Below, piece by piece: positions 1-9,304 of a stretch of DNA of 44,553 bases. The notes beneath the pieces were generated by a model, which saw only the letters and a program-made list of their open reading frames with translations, searched no databases and was not told the DNA's origin. Source of the stretch: a virus; IMG/VR virus record IMGVR_UViG_3300037474_000099; one strand, given 5' to 3'. Every line of letters starts with the position of its first letter. Position 1 is the first letter of the stretch. Position numbers and translations under genes: made by a program.

Positions 1-658
1 GAGACGTAGCAAAAACTAAAGCTCCAGATCCAGTTTCATCTGTAACTGCAGAAGCAAGATTAGCTGAAGTTGGAGTAGCAAGGAAAGTAGCAACTCCAGT
101 TCCAAGTCCTGTTATACCAGTACTTAATGGTAATTCTGTACAATTAGTTAAAGTACCACTAGAAGGAGTACCTAAAGCTGGAGTAGTAAGTACAGGACTA
201 GTTAAAGTTTTATTTGTAAGAGTGTCAGTTGTATTTTTACCTACAAGTGTATCTGTACTAGTAGGTAAAGTTAAAGTTCCTGTATTACTAATAGTAGAAA
301 TTACAGGACTAGTTAAAGTTTTATTAGTAAGAGTTTCTGAACCTGCAAGAGTAGCTAAAGTCCCAGTAGTAGGTAAAGTTACATTAGTAGTACCACTAGT
401 AGTAAGAGTTAAGCTATTAGCTCCAGAGGTAGTAAAAGCTGCAGCTGTAGTAAATGCTCCACCAAAAGATAAAATATTAGATTGATATCTTAAAACGCCA
501 ATTACATTAATATCGGTTGCAGATAATTGTAAAACACTATTATTTCCATCTCCATCTTGAACAGTTCTTAAAGACGTAGTTAAACCTATATTATTACTTC
601 CTATTTGAAGTAATTGTTTATATGTATTTTGCGTAGATAGGTTAGTTAATGATGACAT
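1..658 (-). CDS. Tail fibre / receptor-binding protein B, N-terminal part (gene wraps the window ends and continues 44511->43883; about 428 aa in total)
   Basis: ATG at 658-656; absent from the ORF track because the frame runs off position 1. My own translation is [26 protein letters not shown]...[37 protein letters not shown].... The N-terminus and repeats are paralogous to ORF 1223..2689. Nt 1-42 equal 44512-44553, and the frame is continuous into ORF 43883..44296. Confidence 0.8.
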   Translation of the reverse strand, partial: MSSLTNLSTQNTYKQLLQIGSNNIGLTTSLRTVQDGDGNNSVLQLSATDINVIGVLRYQSNILSFGGAFTTAAAFTTSGANSLTLTTSGTTNVTLPTTGTLATLAGSETLTNKTLTSPVISTISNTGTLTLPTSTDTLVGKNTTDTLTNKTLTSPVLTTPALGTPSSGTLTNCTELPLSTGITGLGTGVATFLATPTSANLASAVTDETGSGALVFATS

Positions 659-661
659 TTA

Positions 662-1042
662 TTAAGTTTCCCACGCTGAATTCCAATCTTCCCAAGTTAC
701 TTGATCGATAGCTTCCCAGACAACATTTAAAACTCCGTTAGGGTCATAACTCATCGGATCATATAAAGCATAGTCAAACGGATCGTGAAGATTAGGTATA
801 TTGTCTGGATTAGTAGCGTAATGATTAATAGATGCTTCTTTAATTACCGATTCTGTATTTATTTTATAAGGAACTAATCCGTAATCAATATCGTCTTTGT
901 CCCTTTTACATACTAAGAGACCTCCTCTTCCTGTATATACATCAAGTAATGTAGCATCAGCAAAAGGAGTCGGGCATCCACATATATCGCAATAGATTAC
1001 ATGGTCTTTATAATTAAATCCATCAAATTGATTTTTAGTCAT
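662..1042 (-). CDS. Cys-rich 126-aa protein following the fibre A cassette; paralogue of 43509..43883 (possible fibre-associated or assembly protein)
   Basis: ORF track. Shares YCxICxxP...LLVC..D.D.IDYG.VPY...INHY.T.P motifs with the 124-aa ORF that follows fibre B. Tightly packed in the late operon. Confidence 0.55.
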   Translation of the reverse strand: MTKNQFDGFNYKDHVIYCDICGCPTPFADATLLDVYTGRGGLLVCKRDKDDIDYGLVPYKINTESVIKEASINHYATNPDNIPNLHDPFDYALYDPMSYDPNGVLNVVWEAIDQVTWEDWNSAWET

Positions 1043-1226
1043 TTATTTCTTCTTCCGGAGGACAGGGGAATTCATTTGTTGAATTCCAAACAACTAGAAA
1101 TCCATTTATTTCATATAAACTGCTTATTCCGTCATCTGCATTTTTTCTATTTGATAATTCATGGATTGAAACTTTAGCATTAGGAACTAATGCTAATATT
1201 TTATTTAATAATTCATTTTGCGTCAT
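1035..1226 (-). CDS. hypothetical protein (63 aa) between fibre A and the Cys-rich protein
   Basis: ORF track. Overlaps both neighbours by 4-8 nt, which suggests translational coupling. Confidence 0.5.
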   Translation of the reverse strand: MTQNELLNKILALVPNAKVSIHELSNRKNADDGISSLYEINGFLVVWNSTNEFPCPPEEEIND

Positions 1227-2689
1227 GATGAATACTCAGTTATGACTATTGAAGAAAATAATACTCCACCAAATCGTCTCGCGCTGCTTTGACCGTTTAA
1301 AGTAGTAGTTCCGGCATTATTAGCACCGGCTCTAATATTAAAAGTAATACTCGACGTACTTCCAGCTGTCATAGTATGCTGTAATATTACCTGTGTAAAC
1401 CCTGTAGCTGTTTCAACAAATTCAGAACTTGCACTAAGTGCATTAGCAGTAGAACCTTGAATTAGTGAAGCGGAAAGAAATTGATTAGCGGCACTATTTG
1501 AAAGATTTAATAAAGCTTCGATTTTAAGAATATTTGCTGTATTTTTAGGAGTAATACTCAATGATAAATATTGATCACCTTCAGTATTTTGAGGTATAGT
1601 ATCATCCATAGGAATTAAGGTTGTTCCGGTTGCTACAGCTGCTGTAGAAGTAGATACTCTTTGAACAACGAAACAAGATACGTCCGTATCAGGCAATGAA
1701 AATGTTCTATCGCCGGATAAAGCTGCTGGAGGTGTAACAACTATGCCATTACTACCGTTAGTAGTTTGTTCATAAACTACAAATCGACCTTGTTGCGTAG
1801 AAGTTCCTAAAATATTAACTTGACCAGAGCCTTTTGGTTGAAAATTTAACGATACAGTTGAATCGTTGCCAGTAGCTGCTAAAGTTGGATGAGAGCCGGT
1901 AACAGCATTTGTTATTGTAAATTCATTAACTGCTGAAGCAGTGGTGGTAAATATTAATTCTTCGTTTCCATTAGAATCATTAATTTGATTTATTCTAGGA
2001 GTAGTAAGAGTCGGACTAGTGCCGAAAACTAAAGCTCCAGATCCAGTTTCATCTGTAACTGCAGATGCAAGATTAGCTGAACTTGGAGTACCAAGAAAAG
2101 TTGCAACTCCAGTTCCAAATGAAGATATTCCAGTTCCTCCTCTATTAACTGCTAATGTTCCTGTCCAGCCGACTGTAATTGAGGCTGAATTTACTAATGC
2201 AGTAGAAGGACTACCACCTAATGTTAAAGTTACGTTAGTATCGTCAACTTTAGTTAAAGCAGAGCCAGAAATTGCACTTGGAGCTGCCCAAGTACCATCA
2301 CCTCTCCAAAAGGTTGAACTTGAAGCTGAAGTTCCGCCATTAAGATTATTTACACTTAAATTACCGGTTATACCAGTACTTAATGGTAATCCTGTACAAT
2401 TAGTTAAAGTACCACTAGAAGGAGTACCTAAAGCTGGAGTAGTAAGTACAGGACTAGTTAAAGTTTTATTTGTAAGAGTCTCTGTACCTACAAGAGTAGC
2501 AATTGTATTTGAATTAACAGTTAATGTACCAGCTACATTAACAGCGCTAGTTGACAATTGTAAAACTGAAGAATTTCCGTTTCCATCTTGTACAGATTGT
2601 AAAGAAGCCGATAAACCTGAATTGGCGGCTCCTATTTGTAATATTTGCTTATACGTGTTTTTAGGTAATAACCCAGTAAAAGCTGTCAT
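1223..2689 (-). CDS. Tail fibre / receptor-binding protein A (488 aa)
   Basis: N-terminus is TYKQILQIG...[14 protein letters not shown]. Carries repeats [47 protein letters not shown] and NRGGTG, all typical of phage fibres. The C-terminal ~130 aa are homologous to the C-terminus of fibre B. Confidence 0.85.
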   Translation of the reverse strand: MTAFTGLLPKNTYKQILQIGAANSGLSASLQSVQDGNGNSSVLQLSTSAVNVAGTLTVNSNTIATLVGTETLTNKTLTSPVLTTPALGTPSSGTLTNCTGLPLSTGITGNLSVNNLNGGTSASSSTFWRGDGTWAAPSAISGSALTKVDDTNVTLTLGGSPSTALVNSASITVGWTGTLAVNRGGTGISSFGTGVATFLGTPSSANLASAVTDETGSGALVFGTSPTLTTPRINQINDSNGNEELIFTTTASAVNEFTITNAVTGSHPTLAATGNDSTVSLNFQPKGSGQVNILGTSTQQGRFVVYEQTTNGSNGIVVTPPAALSGDRTFSLPDTDVSCFVVQRVSTSTAAVATGTTLIPMDDTIPQNTEGDQYLSLSITPKNTANILKIEALLNLSNSAANQFLSASLIQGSTANALSASSEFVETATGFTQVILQHTMTAGSTSSITFNIRAGANNAGTTTLNGQSSARRFGGVLFSSIVITEYSS

Positions 2690-2690
2690 T

Positions 2691-3086
2691 TTAATCCTTC
2701 TTTCTAAAACGAATAATTAAATTATAACTATCTCCAGCAGTATGTCCTGACGTCGTTAAGAGAATATCTCCCGTACCGCCTGCACCGCTAGTTTGAAATC
2801 CGCCTTCTCTTTCATAACATAGATTAACTTTACCTGATTGTCCAATTTGAGCAATCGTAATAGGTGAAGTTCTATCACAATATATTTTTACTTCCATACC
2901 AGAAGCATCTCCTTCGATACTATCAACAGCTAAAGAAGATGGTTCTAATCCATTTGGGCCGGTTAATGTAGATTTATCTACTTTGGTAACCGCTGATTCA
3001 CCTGTTCCATCAGATAAATTTGTAATTTGAATTACATAGCGTCTTAAAGTATTTGTTAAGACCTTTGTAGTTACTGCATCTGCCAT
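2691..3086 (-). CDS. virion-module hypothetical protein (start probably MADAVTT at 3086, not the track start at 3134)
   Basis: The track ORF 2691..3134 begins inside a terminator hairpin (3115-3134). The internal ATG at 3086 is preceded by GGTG. The protein is beta-rich, Gly/Thr-rich and has no recognised motif. Confidence 0.55.
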   Translation of the reverse strand: MADAVTTKVLTNTLRRYVIQITNLSDGTGESAVTKVDKSTLTGPNGLEPSSLAVDSIEGDASGMEVKIYCDRTSPITIAQIGQSGKVNLCYEREGGFQTSGAGGTGDILLTTSGHTAGDSYNLIIRFRKKD

Positions 3087-3099
3087 AATATATACACCT

Positions 3100-3134
3100 T
3101 TATATAAAGTTAAAGTGGAGAATACTCTCTCCAC
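3100..3134 (-). terminator. Intrinsic terminator after gene 3140..3622
   Basis: On the minus strand: GTGGAGA-gagtat-TCTCCAC (7-bp stem, + coordinates 3115-3134) followed by TTTAACTTTATAT. Confidence 0.55.
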
Positions 3135-3139
3135 TATTA

Positions 3140-3622
3140 TTAACCGTAACTACCAGCTGACAATTGTGAGCTGATTTTGACACCATTTGGTAAAACTAAT
3201 ACTAAATAGCTAGTTTGTTTACCGGTATCCGTTAAGCTTAAAGTACATGAACCGGTTGCACTTGATACCGCTCTTATACTTGTAGTTATAGCAGCGCCGT
3301 TATTTAAACTCATGCCGCCTGAAGCAACTGAAAAACCAGTTGATGCTGCTGAAGCTAAAGTTAAACCATCAGCTGCAGAAGAAGCATAGACAGTAAAAGG
3401 CGTAACCTTGGTTACATTATTTCCTGCTGCATCTTTAATTTGAACTGAAACTGTACAAACATTAGCTGCACCAGCTGCGCCTGAAATTGTTGACTGACTA
3501 GAGTCAGGATTACCTGCTACTCCGCCCGTCACATATCCTGTTATATTACCGGTAACATTACCGGTTACTGATCCAACAAAACCATTTGTTGAGTTTACTG
3601 GACCTTTAAAATGAGTTGTCAT
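3140..3622 (-). CDS. Ig-like (BIG-type) surface protein, probably capsid decoration or head fibre
   Basis: N-terminal GNVTGNITGYVTGGVAG repeats, then a VSVQIKDAAGNNVTKVTPFTVY bacterial-Ig-like pattern. Lies immediately downstream of the major capsid gene and is bracketed by terminators. Confidence 0.5.
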   Translation of the reverse strand: MTTHFKGPVNSTNGFVGSVTGNVTGNITGYVTGGVAGNPDSSQSTISGAAGAANVCTVSVQIKDAAGNNVTKVTPFTVYASSAADGLTLASAASTGFSVASGGMSLNNGAAITTSIRAVSSATGSCTLSLTDTGKQTSYLVLVLPNGVKISSQLSAGSYG

Positions 3623-3677
3623 TATTTTTACCTCTATAGTCTCACTTACCTGTGAGTCGATTTGCGTCTATTTGATT

Positions 3678-3711
3678 GAAACTTAGAAGGAAGTAGGGCT
3701 TCATGCCCCAC
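3678..3711 (-). terminator. Intrinsic terminator or attenuator after the major capsid gene
   Basis: On the minus strand: GTGGGGC-atgaa-GCCCTAC (7-bp stem including one G.U, + coordinates 3693-3711) followed by TTCCTTCTAAGTTTC. Confidence 0.5.
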
Positions 3712-3730
3712 TGTCCTAAGTTTTTAACTA

Positions 3731-4636
3731 TTAAGCTCCAGGAGAACCTACAACACATCTCCAATCAGCAAAGAACGTACGGAAACGTTCGTATGCAGAA
3801 ACGATGATATCTTTGGTTGTCGGATCTTTGAAGGAATCAGTTGTTACGCCCATTCTAGAAGCAACTAACAGACCATTCTCAGCATTTGTAGTAATAAAAA
3901 ATGCATCAGTGTCTGATAAACGTTTCCAAGGAATGATCTTTTTGATAACTGATTGATTATTAATTGCACTGATATCATTGTCAGCAGAACTAACACGATA
4001 TTTAGAATTAACGATACGATCAGCTTCAAAACGAAGTTCTTTAGGAACAACTAAATTCATGGTTTCATAATCAGACAATAAACCGTCCGGATTCATAAAA
4101 CCGTCTACTAAGATAACCATTTGTTCAATAGCATCTTCAGAAAGATCTAAAGTTACTGTATTTGAACTGGTTCCACCAGCTTGAATTGGATGATCAGATG
4201 CACAAAGCACTTTACCATCTGGACCAGTGGTAGCAAATGCAGCGTTTAAAACTGCCGCCATTTGATAATCTTTATTATGAGCTAAAGATTTAGCTTGTTC
4301 TTTACCCATTAAAGGTAAAAGATCTTCATAAAGATTGTCAGCAACTGCTTCCATTGTAATACGAGCTGATTTTTCATAGGTAAATATCGGCCAACGATAT
4401 ACCCAGTTTTGGTCCACGCTATCATAAGAAATAGCGGCACCTTCATTTTTACGGGTAGCTAACCCCATACCTGCCAACTGTACTGCTTCATAAAAGCCTT
4501 TTTCAGTTTTCACTTCTTGGAAGATTTGTGAACCTGGGCCTTTATATGTATCCTTATAATGATGAAGGATCTTATCAATACCGAGTTGTAGTAATCGGGG
4601 CAAATTACCCGTAGTTACACGAGCTGAATTAGCCAT
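3731..4636 (-). CDS. Major capsid protein (HK97-fold type expected)
   Basis: 301 aa, positioned after portal and scaffold. Good codon bias, followed by a terminator, and typical in size and composition. No explicit motif was checked. Confidence 0.7.
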   Translation of the reverse strand: MANSARVTTGNLPRLLQLGIDKILHHYKDTYKGPGSQIFQEVKTEKGFYEAVQLAGMGLATRKNEGAAISYDSVDQNWVYRWPIFTYEKSARITMEAVADNLYEDLLPLMGKEQAKSLAHNKDYQMAAVLNAAFATTGPDGKVLCASDHPIQAGGTSSNTVTLDLSEDAIEQMVILVDGFMNPDGLLSDYETMNLVVPKELRFEADRIVNSKYRVSSADNDISAINNQSVIKKIIPWKRLSDTDAFFITTNAENGLLVASRMGVTTDSFKDPTTKDIIVSAYERFRTFFADWRCVVGSPGA

Positions 4637-4653
4637 TTAAAAATTCCTCTAAA

Positions 4654-5271
4654 TTATACACCAGCTGTACCAGTACCACCGGAACGTTCTGCACTGTTAA
4701 TAGTAACAAGAATTGAAGCGTTAGCTGAAGCAGGAGTGTTATCTGCTCGATCTTCAAAACCAATCATTTTTAACTGTAACGTTGCAGTTGTAGCATGTGT
4801 ACTAGAATCTAGTTGCATAGTTGATAAGCCAGATACAGTGTCAGCGTCAGTAATTGTAGTACCGCCACCATTACCTGTGATGTTAGCATTTTCACCGATT
4901 TCCGCTAAAGCAGTAGTACCATCGGATGTAATAGCATAAACGTCCGTATTATTAGCTGGACGAACCATTACATACATAGTAGTGCTAGCAGGACGATGAG
5001 TTCTATCTAACGACATACCGGTACCTTCGATGAAGTGTTCTAAGAACCCTTCAACAACTCCATAAATTGCGTCACCAGCAGAAACTCGAGCAACTGTCCG
5101 GACAACGGGACCGCTGCCGCTTGAAGTGCTTGAACCTGCTGTTTTAACTGCATCTCCGCGACCAACAATAACTGAGTCTGAAGATGGAATTATGCACAAT
5201 TCAAGATCTTGATCGATCTTTTGCTGGAATAAACGAAGGCCGCCGTTTCTAATTACATTAGGCATTGTCAT
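4654..5271 (-). CDS. head-module protein (possible decoration or cement protein)
   Basis: 205 aa, Gly/Thr/Ser/Ala-rich, directly upstream of the capsid gene. Confidence 0.4.
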   Translation of the reverse strand: MTMPNVIRNGGLRLFQQKIDQDLELCIIPSSDSVIVGRGDAVKTAGSSTSSGSGPVVRTVARVSAGDAIYGVVEGFLEHFIEGTGMSLDRTHRPASTTMYVMVRPANNTDVYAITSDGTTALAEIGENANITGNGGGTTITDADTVSGLSTMQLDSSTHATTATLQLKMIGFEDRADNTPASANASILVTINSAERSGGTGTAGV

Positions 5272-5743
5272 TTTCCTCTGAATTGTTTCTATTTAAATTG
5301 TTTTCGTTTACTTCGTGTAAGGTTACATTTACATTTTCACCATCACGAGTAACTTTTTTAGAAGATGATCTAAAATATCTGTCTTCATATCTTTTAACTT
5401 TAGATGCTTCATCAGATTGAAATTGTTCTTTAGATTTTCTCATAAGAACAAACTGGGCTCCGCCTTTGCCAGATCTAACTGATGGAGAAGGACGTAATTT
5501 ATTATCTTCTTTAGATTTAGGAGCATTAGAACGATCGTCTTGTAAATGTTCATCAGAACTTACAATTTCCCAACCTTTTTCTAAATAGCGATCAATTCGC
5601 TCGCCATTGGGATCCATACGATCATCGTAACGAACTTCCTTATAAATATTATTTGGATCTTCTTTTGACATCTTAGCGATGCTTTTAACTCTCAATGTTG
5701 GTCGAAAACTTTTTCGTAATTCATCTTTTTGTAATTTAGTCAT
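5258..5743 (-). CDS. head-module hypothetical protein (highly charged, 161 aa)
   Basis: ORF track. Sits between the scaffold-like gene and the capsid-proximal gene. Confidence 0.5.
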   Translation of the reverse strand: MTKLQKDELRKSFRPTLRVKSIAKMSKEDPNNIYKEVRYDDRMDPNGERIDRYLEKGWEIVSSDEHLQDDRSNAPKSKEDNKLRPSPSVRSGKGGAQFVLMRKSKEQFQSDEASKVKRYEDRYFRSSSKKVTRDGENVNVTLHEVNENNLNRNNSEENDNA

Positions 5744-5745
5744 TT

Positions 5746-6654
5746 TTAAATATCCCCGTCTGATTTCAACTTTTGGACAAACTCTTTTACGGTGTACTCA
5801 ATACCAGCTTTTGCTAGTACTCGTTTATTTGCTTGAAACATTAATTTATGGTCGGATGATAATTTACTAAATGTTTTATCATCTGATTCCCCCACTGATT
5901 CTCCCATAGAGCGATTAATTGGAGATTTAGAAGGAGATATCGAAGGTCTAGTTTTAATTCCAGTATTTACTAAATCTGGATATTTTAATTTCATATGATT
6001 TTCAATTTGAAACATTAATTCATCATATGAGGGCATTGGCATATTAGCGGCTTGATATCTTCTAATAATATCTGCATCTAGCGCAATAGCTTCTTGTTTT
6101 AATTCCGGATGCTGATCATTAAACCAATGTTTATTTCTATCAACAAATTGATTAAAAGCAGTTTGTTGTTTATTTAAACCTTCTTTTAATTGTTCTTGTT
6201 GCTCGTGGAAATCCATACTTGCTTTTTGTCTTGTTAAAGCTTCAATAGCTTCAATATTTCCATATTCACGAGCTTGCTGTAATCGGGTTTCAATTTCATT
6301 TCGAGCTTTTTGTTTATGCTCATTAATAGTACTAGTTGTATAATTTAAAATAGCACTAATTTCTTTGTCCCGTTCATCTAATTTTTTCTTAAGAGAATAG
6401 ATTTGATCTATCATTTCTCCAGTACGAACAAATTCTTCTTCAGATTTATAACCTTTTAAAGAACCATGCTTAGCTTGATATTCTTCAGCACTTAAATGTC
6501 CTGTTGATTTAGCTTTGCTTCTAACATCTTCAGGTTGATCATCTGAATCTTCTAATTGTTCAACTTGATCTAATAATTGATCTCGTAAATCTTCTTGTTG
6601 CTCTATAGACATGTTTTCTATGTCTTGACTTTCTTGATTTTGATCTTCGTTCAT
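5746..6654 (-). CDS. Scaffolding protein (putative)
   Basis: 302 aa with an acidic N-terminus (EDQNQESQD..DSDDQPED) and long heptad-like charged helices. Lies between the portal and capsid genes. Confidence 0.55.
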   Translation of the reverse strand: MNEDQNQESQDIENMSIEQQEDLRDQLLDQVEQLEDSDDQPEDVRSKAKSTGHLSAEEYQAKHGSLKGYKSEEEFVRTGEMIDQIYSLKKKLDERDKEISAILNYTTSTINEHKQKARNEIETRLQQAREYGNIEAIEALTRQKASMDFHEQQEQLKEGLNKQQTAFNQFVDRNKHWFNDQHPELKQEAIALDADIIRRYQAANMPMPSYDELMFQIENHMKLKYPDLVNTGIKTRPSISPSKSPINRSMGESVGESDDKTFSKLSSDHKLMFQANKRVLAKAGIEYTVKEFVQKLKSDGDI

Positions 6655-6659
6655 TTACT

Positions 6660-7064
6660 TTACCCTTTTTTAAAAGCTACTATATCACAATCACTAATTA
6701 AATGATATTTATCGTCAACGTCTATTCTATAAGTTTGATTAGGAATAAAAAATACAATATCTCCAATGTCTGGAAATTGCATTTCATCGCCATAACGATC
6801 TTGAAAACATTTTCCAAAAGCATCAGGGGATTTTTTTACAATCTTTCCTTTAGAATACGGGACTTTACCAGTAGTTTTTTTAAATACTTCTCTACCAGTC
6901 TTATCATCAATAACTATATCACCTCTAACAATCTCGAGTTTATTCAAAAACTCATTAGAAACTCCTGTTTCTGATTGTAATTTCTTTTTTAAATACTCGT
7001 CACTATCTTCTTTGATAACTTCTATTACCATTCGACCTAAAAATGGTTCAATTACGTCTATCAT
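6660..7064 (-). CDS. GroES/Cpn10-like co-chaperonin (putative)
   Basis: Pattern IEPFLGRMVIEV...GKIVKKSP...IGDIVFF......YHLISDCDIVAF mirrors GroES (I.PL.DRV.V...G.V.AVG...VGD.V.F....y.i....DILA). It has an enlarged loop region. Confidence 0.45.
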   Translation of the reverse strand: MIDVIEPFLGRMVIEVIKEDSDEYLKKKLQSETGVSNEFLNKLEIVRGDIVIDDKTGREVFKKTTGKVPYSKGKIVKKSPDAFGKCFQDRYGDEMQFPDIGDIVFFIPNQTYRIDVDDKYHLISDCDIVAFKKG

Positions 7065-7285
7065 TGAGAACTTTCCTCATCGTTGTTTACATTTTCTATC
7101 ATATCAACTATAAAATTAAGTCCATTTATATAACCTATAGCTTGACAATACTCTCTTTCAAGCGCAGGACTGACAACTAAAGCTCCGTCAGTAATTTCGT
7201 CTTTGGATTTATTTATCTCTTCTTTAATATCTTTTAAAATTCTTTGAGTTGTTTCAAGATATTTCCATAATACTTCATCAGACAT
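7061..7285 (-). CDS. hypothetical protein (74 aa)
   Basis: ORF track. Overlaps both neighbours. Confidence 0.5.
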   Translation of the reverse strand: MSDEVLWKYLETTQRILKDIKEEINKSKDEITDGALVVSPALEREYCQAIGYINGLNFIVDMIENVNNDEESSQ

Positions 7286-9302
7286 TGTTATTTCCTGAAT
7301 TATTGTCTTTATGTACTTTTATTCTATCTGTAGTAGCTCGAAAAGCCTCAATTTGAGCTAACGATTGTTTAACACTAGAGTCAATTTGACTTGATTTAAC
7401 ATCTGAAGCTGTTTTTAATAATTTACCCTGAGATTCAGTTTCTTTTCTATCTAATTCTCTTTCTTTTAATTGTAATTTTAATTTATTAGTAATTTCTTTT
7501 TCGGCTTTTAACTGAGCATTTAATTCATCCATTTGAATTTGATGATCTAATGCTTTACTATCAAGTTGTACTTTTAACATTTTTGGATCTGGTTGTTGAG
7601 ATTGTTTGGGTATTAAGAATGACTGAGGATCCGGTAATTGTAAATCAGTCATGATACTTAAAATCAATGCTTCAATGTTTAAAGATGAAGGAGCATTTTG
7701 TAATAATTGATATTTTGCTTGAATCATTGCATATTTATGAGCTTCAGAACTTTGAGTAGGATCTGCAACCGGAACAATATCTAAACTTTCTTCATCAAAA
7801 TCTTCTTTAAAGACAGCTAAATTTGTATCTTGAAATTTAGCATAAGTTACTTCATCTGCATGAATTGCATGAATATGAAACCATAATTTAAATTCTTTTT
7901 TAAGAGAAATATATAATTTTTGAACAATAGGTTTAAAGGCTCGTGTTCCTTGTTCTACCATAGCTAACATACTGGTAGCAGGAACGTTTTGCATTTCAGC
8001 ATCTCCTACTAATACATCAGTTATAAATCCATTTTCTTTACCTGAGGCGATTAACAGATTTAATAATCCAAGCAACACTTGAGATGGTTCTTTAAACGGT
8101 AAAGGAATAATATGTTTATTAGGATCAATATTAGGATTTATATCTAATACTTGAAATTGGCCCATTTTAAATTGTAAATTTCTTTCTTTAGTTTTAAAAG
8201 CTTTAGTTACAAAACCACCTTGTTGGTTTGCCAACGTTCCAGAATCTAATAATTGTCTAACCACCGAAGTAATAGCTTTATTTTGATGTAACAGTAAATA
8301 ATTTAAACCTATAGAATAAAATTTACCTTGAGGATCGTCCATACAATGGAAATCTACAATATCAATTCTGGGTTTTATATAACGAATTTCACCATCTTCA
8401 GGATTAACGTCTATATCAGCATATTCATAAGCCGGAACAATACATGCAGTTTTTACAGAGGTTTTATGGACATATACTTTATATGGTTCAGCATATCCAT
8501 CTTCGTCTAAGTCTAAATAACATAATTGACATAAAAATTCATGAACTGGCATCAATTCTCTTGAATCGTTTTTTTGACCGTCATTAGTTCCAGATTCTAA
8601 ATTTTCTAAATTCAAATCGAGAAAATAACCTGATCGTTGATATGACACCATGTCATTTTTAGTTAAATAATGACGAATAGTTATTCTAGGAGCTTTTTCT
8701 AAACAACTTATATTATGATTTATAATAACATCTTCAGGAGCTATTAAATCTGAACAGTTCTTCTTAGTGATAGGATCATAATACACTTGTCTAAAAGCTG
8801 TTCCCCATGAAGCTACGATATGACATAGTTTATGAGTATCTTTTAACCATGTATCAGATTCAATTAATTTTTCGTAATTTAAAAATGAACTTACTCGACT
8901 AGCTTTTTCTTTCTTTTTATATAATCCAGGAATTGGTTGTCCTGTTTGTGGATCAACAATGGGTTCGTCTTTTCCTAAAATAGTACAATCGCCTACTTTA
9001 TCATTTCTTGTTATATGTTGGACTAATCTAGATGCTAATTGAATTGTAGCGGGCGCTAATAATGGATATATAACTTTTGCAGAATCGACAAACGGAAAAT
9101 CTCGTCTTTCGTTAGGATTCTCGCAATGTTTAATTATTTTCATCGCTTCTAAATTTGTATTTAGCCAATCTTCTCTAGAATCTTGATCAATATTATAACC
9201 TAAAATTACGTCATCCGCTATTTTATGAAGCTGATCATCATCTAATAACTCTGCTATATTTGGTGTATTTAAAAATTTTAATAATTTATCAATAGCTGGC
9301 AT
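7278..9302 (-). CDS. Portal protein
   Basis: 674 aa, immediately downstream of TerL, with a C-terminal coiled-coil/basic tail. The call is by size and synteny. Confidence 0.75.
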   Translation of the reverse strand: MPAIDKLLKFLNTPNIAELLDDDQLHKIADDVILGYNIDQDSREDWLNTNLEAMKIIKHCENPNERRDFPFVDSAKVIYPLLAPATIQLASRLVQHITRNDKVGDCTILGKDEPIVDPQTGQPIPGLYKKKEKASRVSSFLNYEKLIESDTWLKDTHKLCHIVASWGTAFRQVYYDPITKKNCSDLIAPEDVIINHNISCLEKAPRITIRHYLTKNDMVSYQRSGYFLDLNLENLESGTNDGQKNDSRELMPVHEFLCQLCYLDLDEDGYAEPYKVYVHKTSVKTACIVPAYEYADIDVNPEDGEIRYIKPRIDIVDFHCMDDPQGKFYSIGLNYLLLHQNKAITSVVRQLLDSGTLANQQGGFVTKAFKTKERNLQFKMGQFQVLDINPNIDPNKHIIPLPFKEPSQVLLGLLNLLIASGKENGFITDVLVGDAEMQNVPATSMLAMVEQGTRAFKPIVQKLYISLKKEFKLWFHIHAIHADEVTYAKFQDTNLAVFKEDFDEESLDIVPVADPTQSSEAHKYAMIQAKYQLLQNAPSSLNIEALILSIMTDLQLPDPQSFLIPKQSQQPDPKMLKVQLDSKALDHQIQMDELNAQLKAEKEITNKLKLQLKERELDRKETESQGKLLKTASDVKSSQIDSSVKQSLAQIEAFRATTDRIKVHKDNNSGNNNV

Positions 9303-9304
9303 TA

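Noticed and set aside
222-485. Track ORFs lying antisense to, or out of frame inside, strong genes: 222..485, 2019..2720, 3865..4050, 4736..4939, 5679..5870, 6702..6974, 8328..8510, 9586..9798, 10699..10908, 11404..11610, 19100..19387, 20797..21021, 24360..24572, 25744..25968, 30377..30601, 30726..30929, 37258..37503, 39702..39920, 40760..41029, 41414..41614
   Set aside because: Each lies wholly inside a longer ORF that has recognisable motifs or synteny, either on the opposite strand or in another frame. Their products are low-complexity mirror translations (V/L/P/K-rich or I/F/L-rich) typical of AT-rich antisense frames. None has an RBS.
2290-2320. RGD tripeptide in [10 protein letters not shown] (fibres A and B) as an integrin-type adhesion motif
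   Set aside because: FxRGDGTW is a common conserved beta-strand motif of bacteriophage fibres. There is no reason to infer eukaryotic-type adhesion.
1-2689. Diversity-generating retroelement acting on the repeated fibre segments
   Set aside because: There is no reverse transcriptase anywhere in the genome. The mismatches between repeat copies are not adenine-specific (for example t/g, t/c and a/t differences). The repeats are coding modules in several genes rather than a TR/VR pair.
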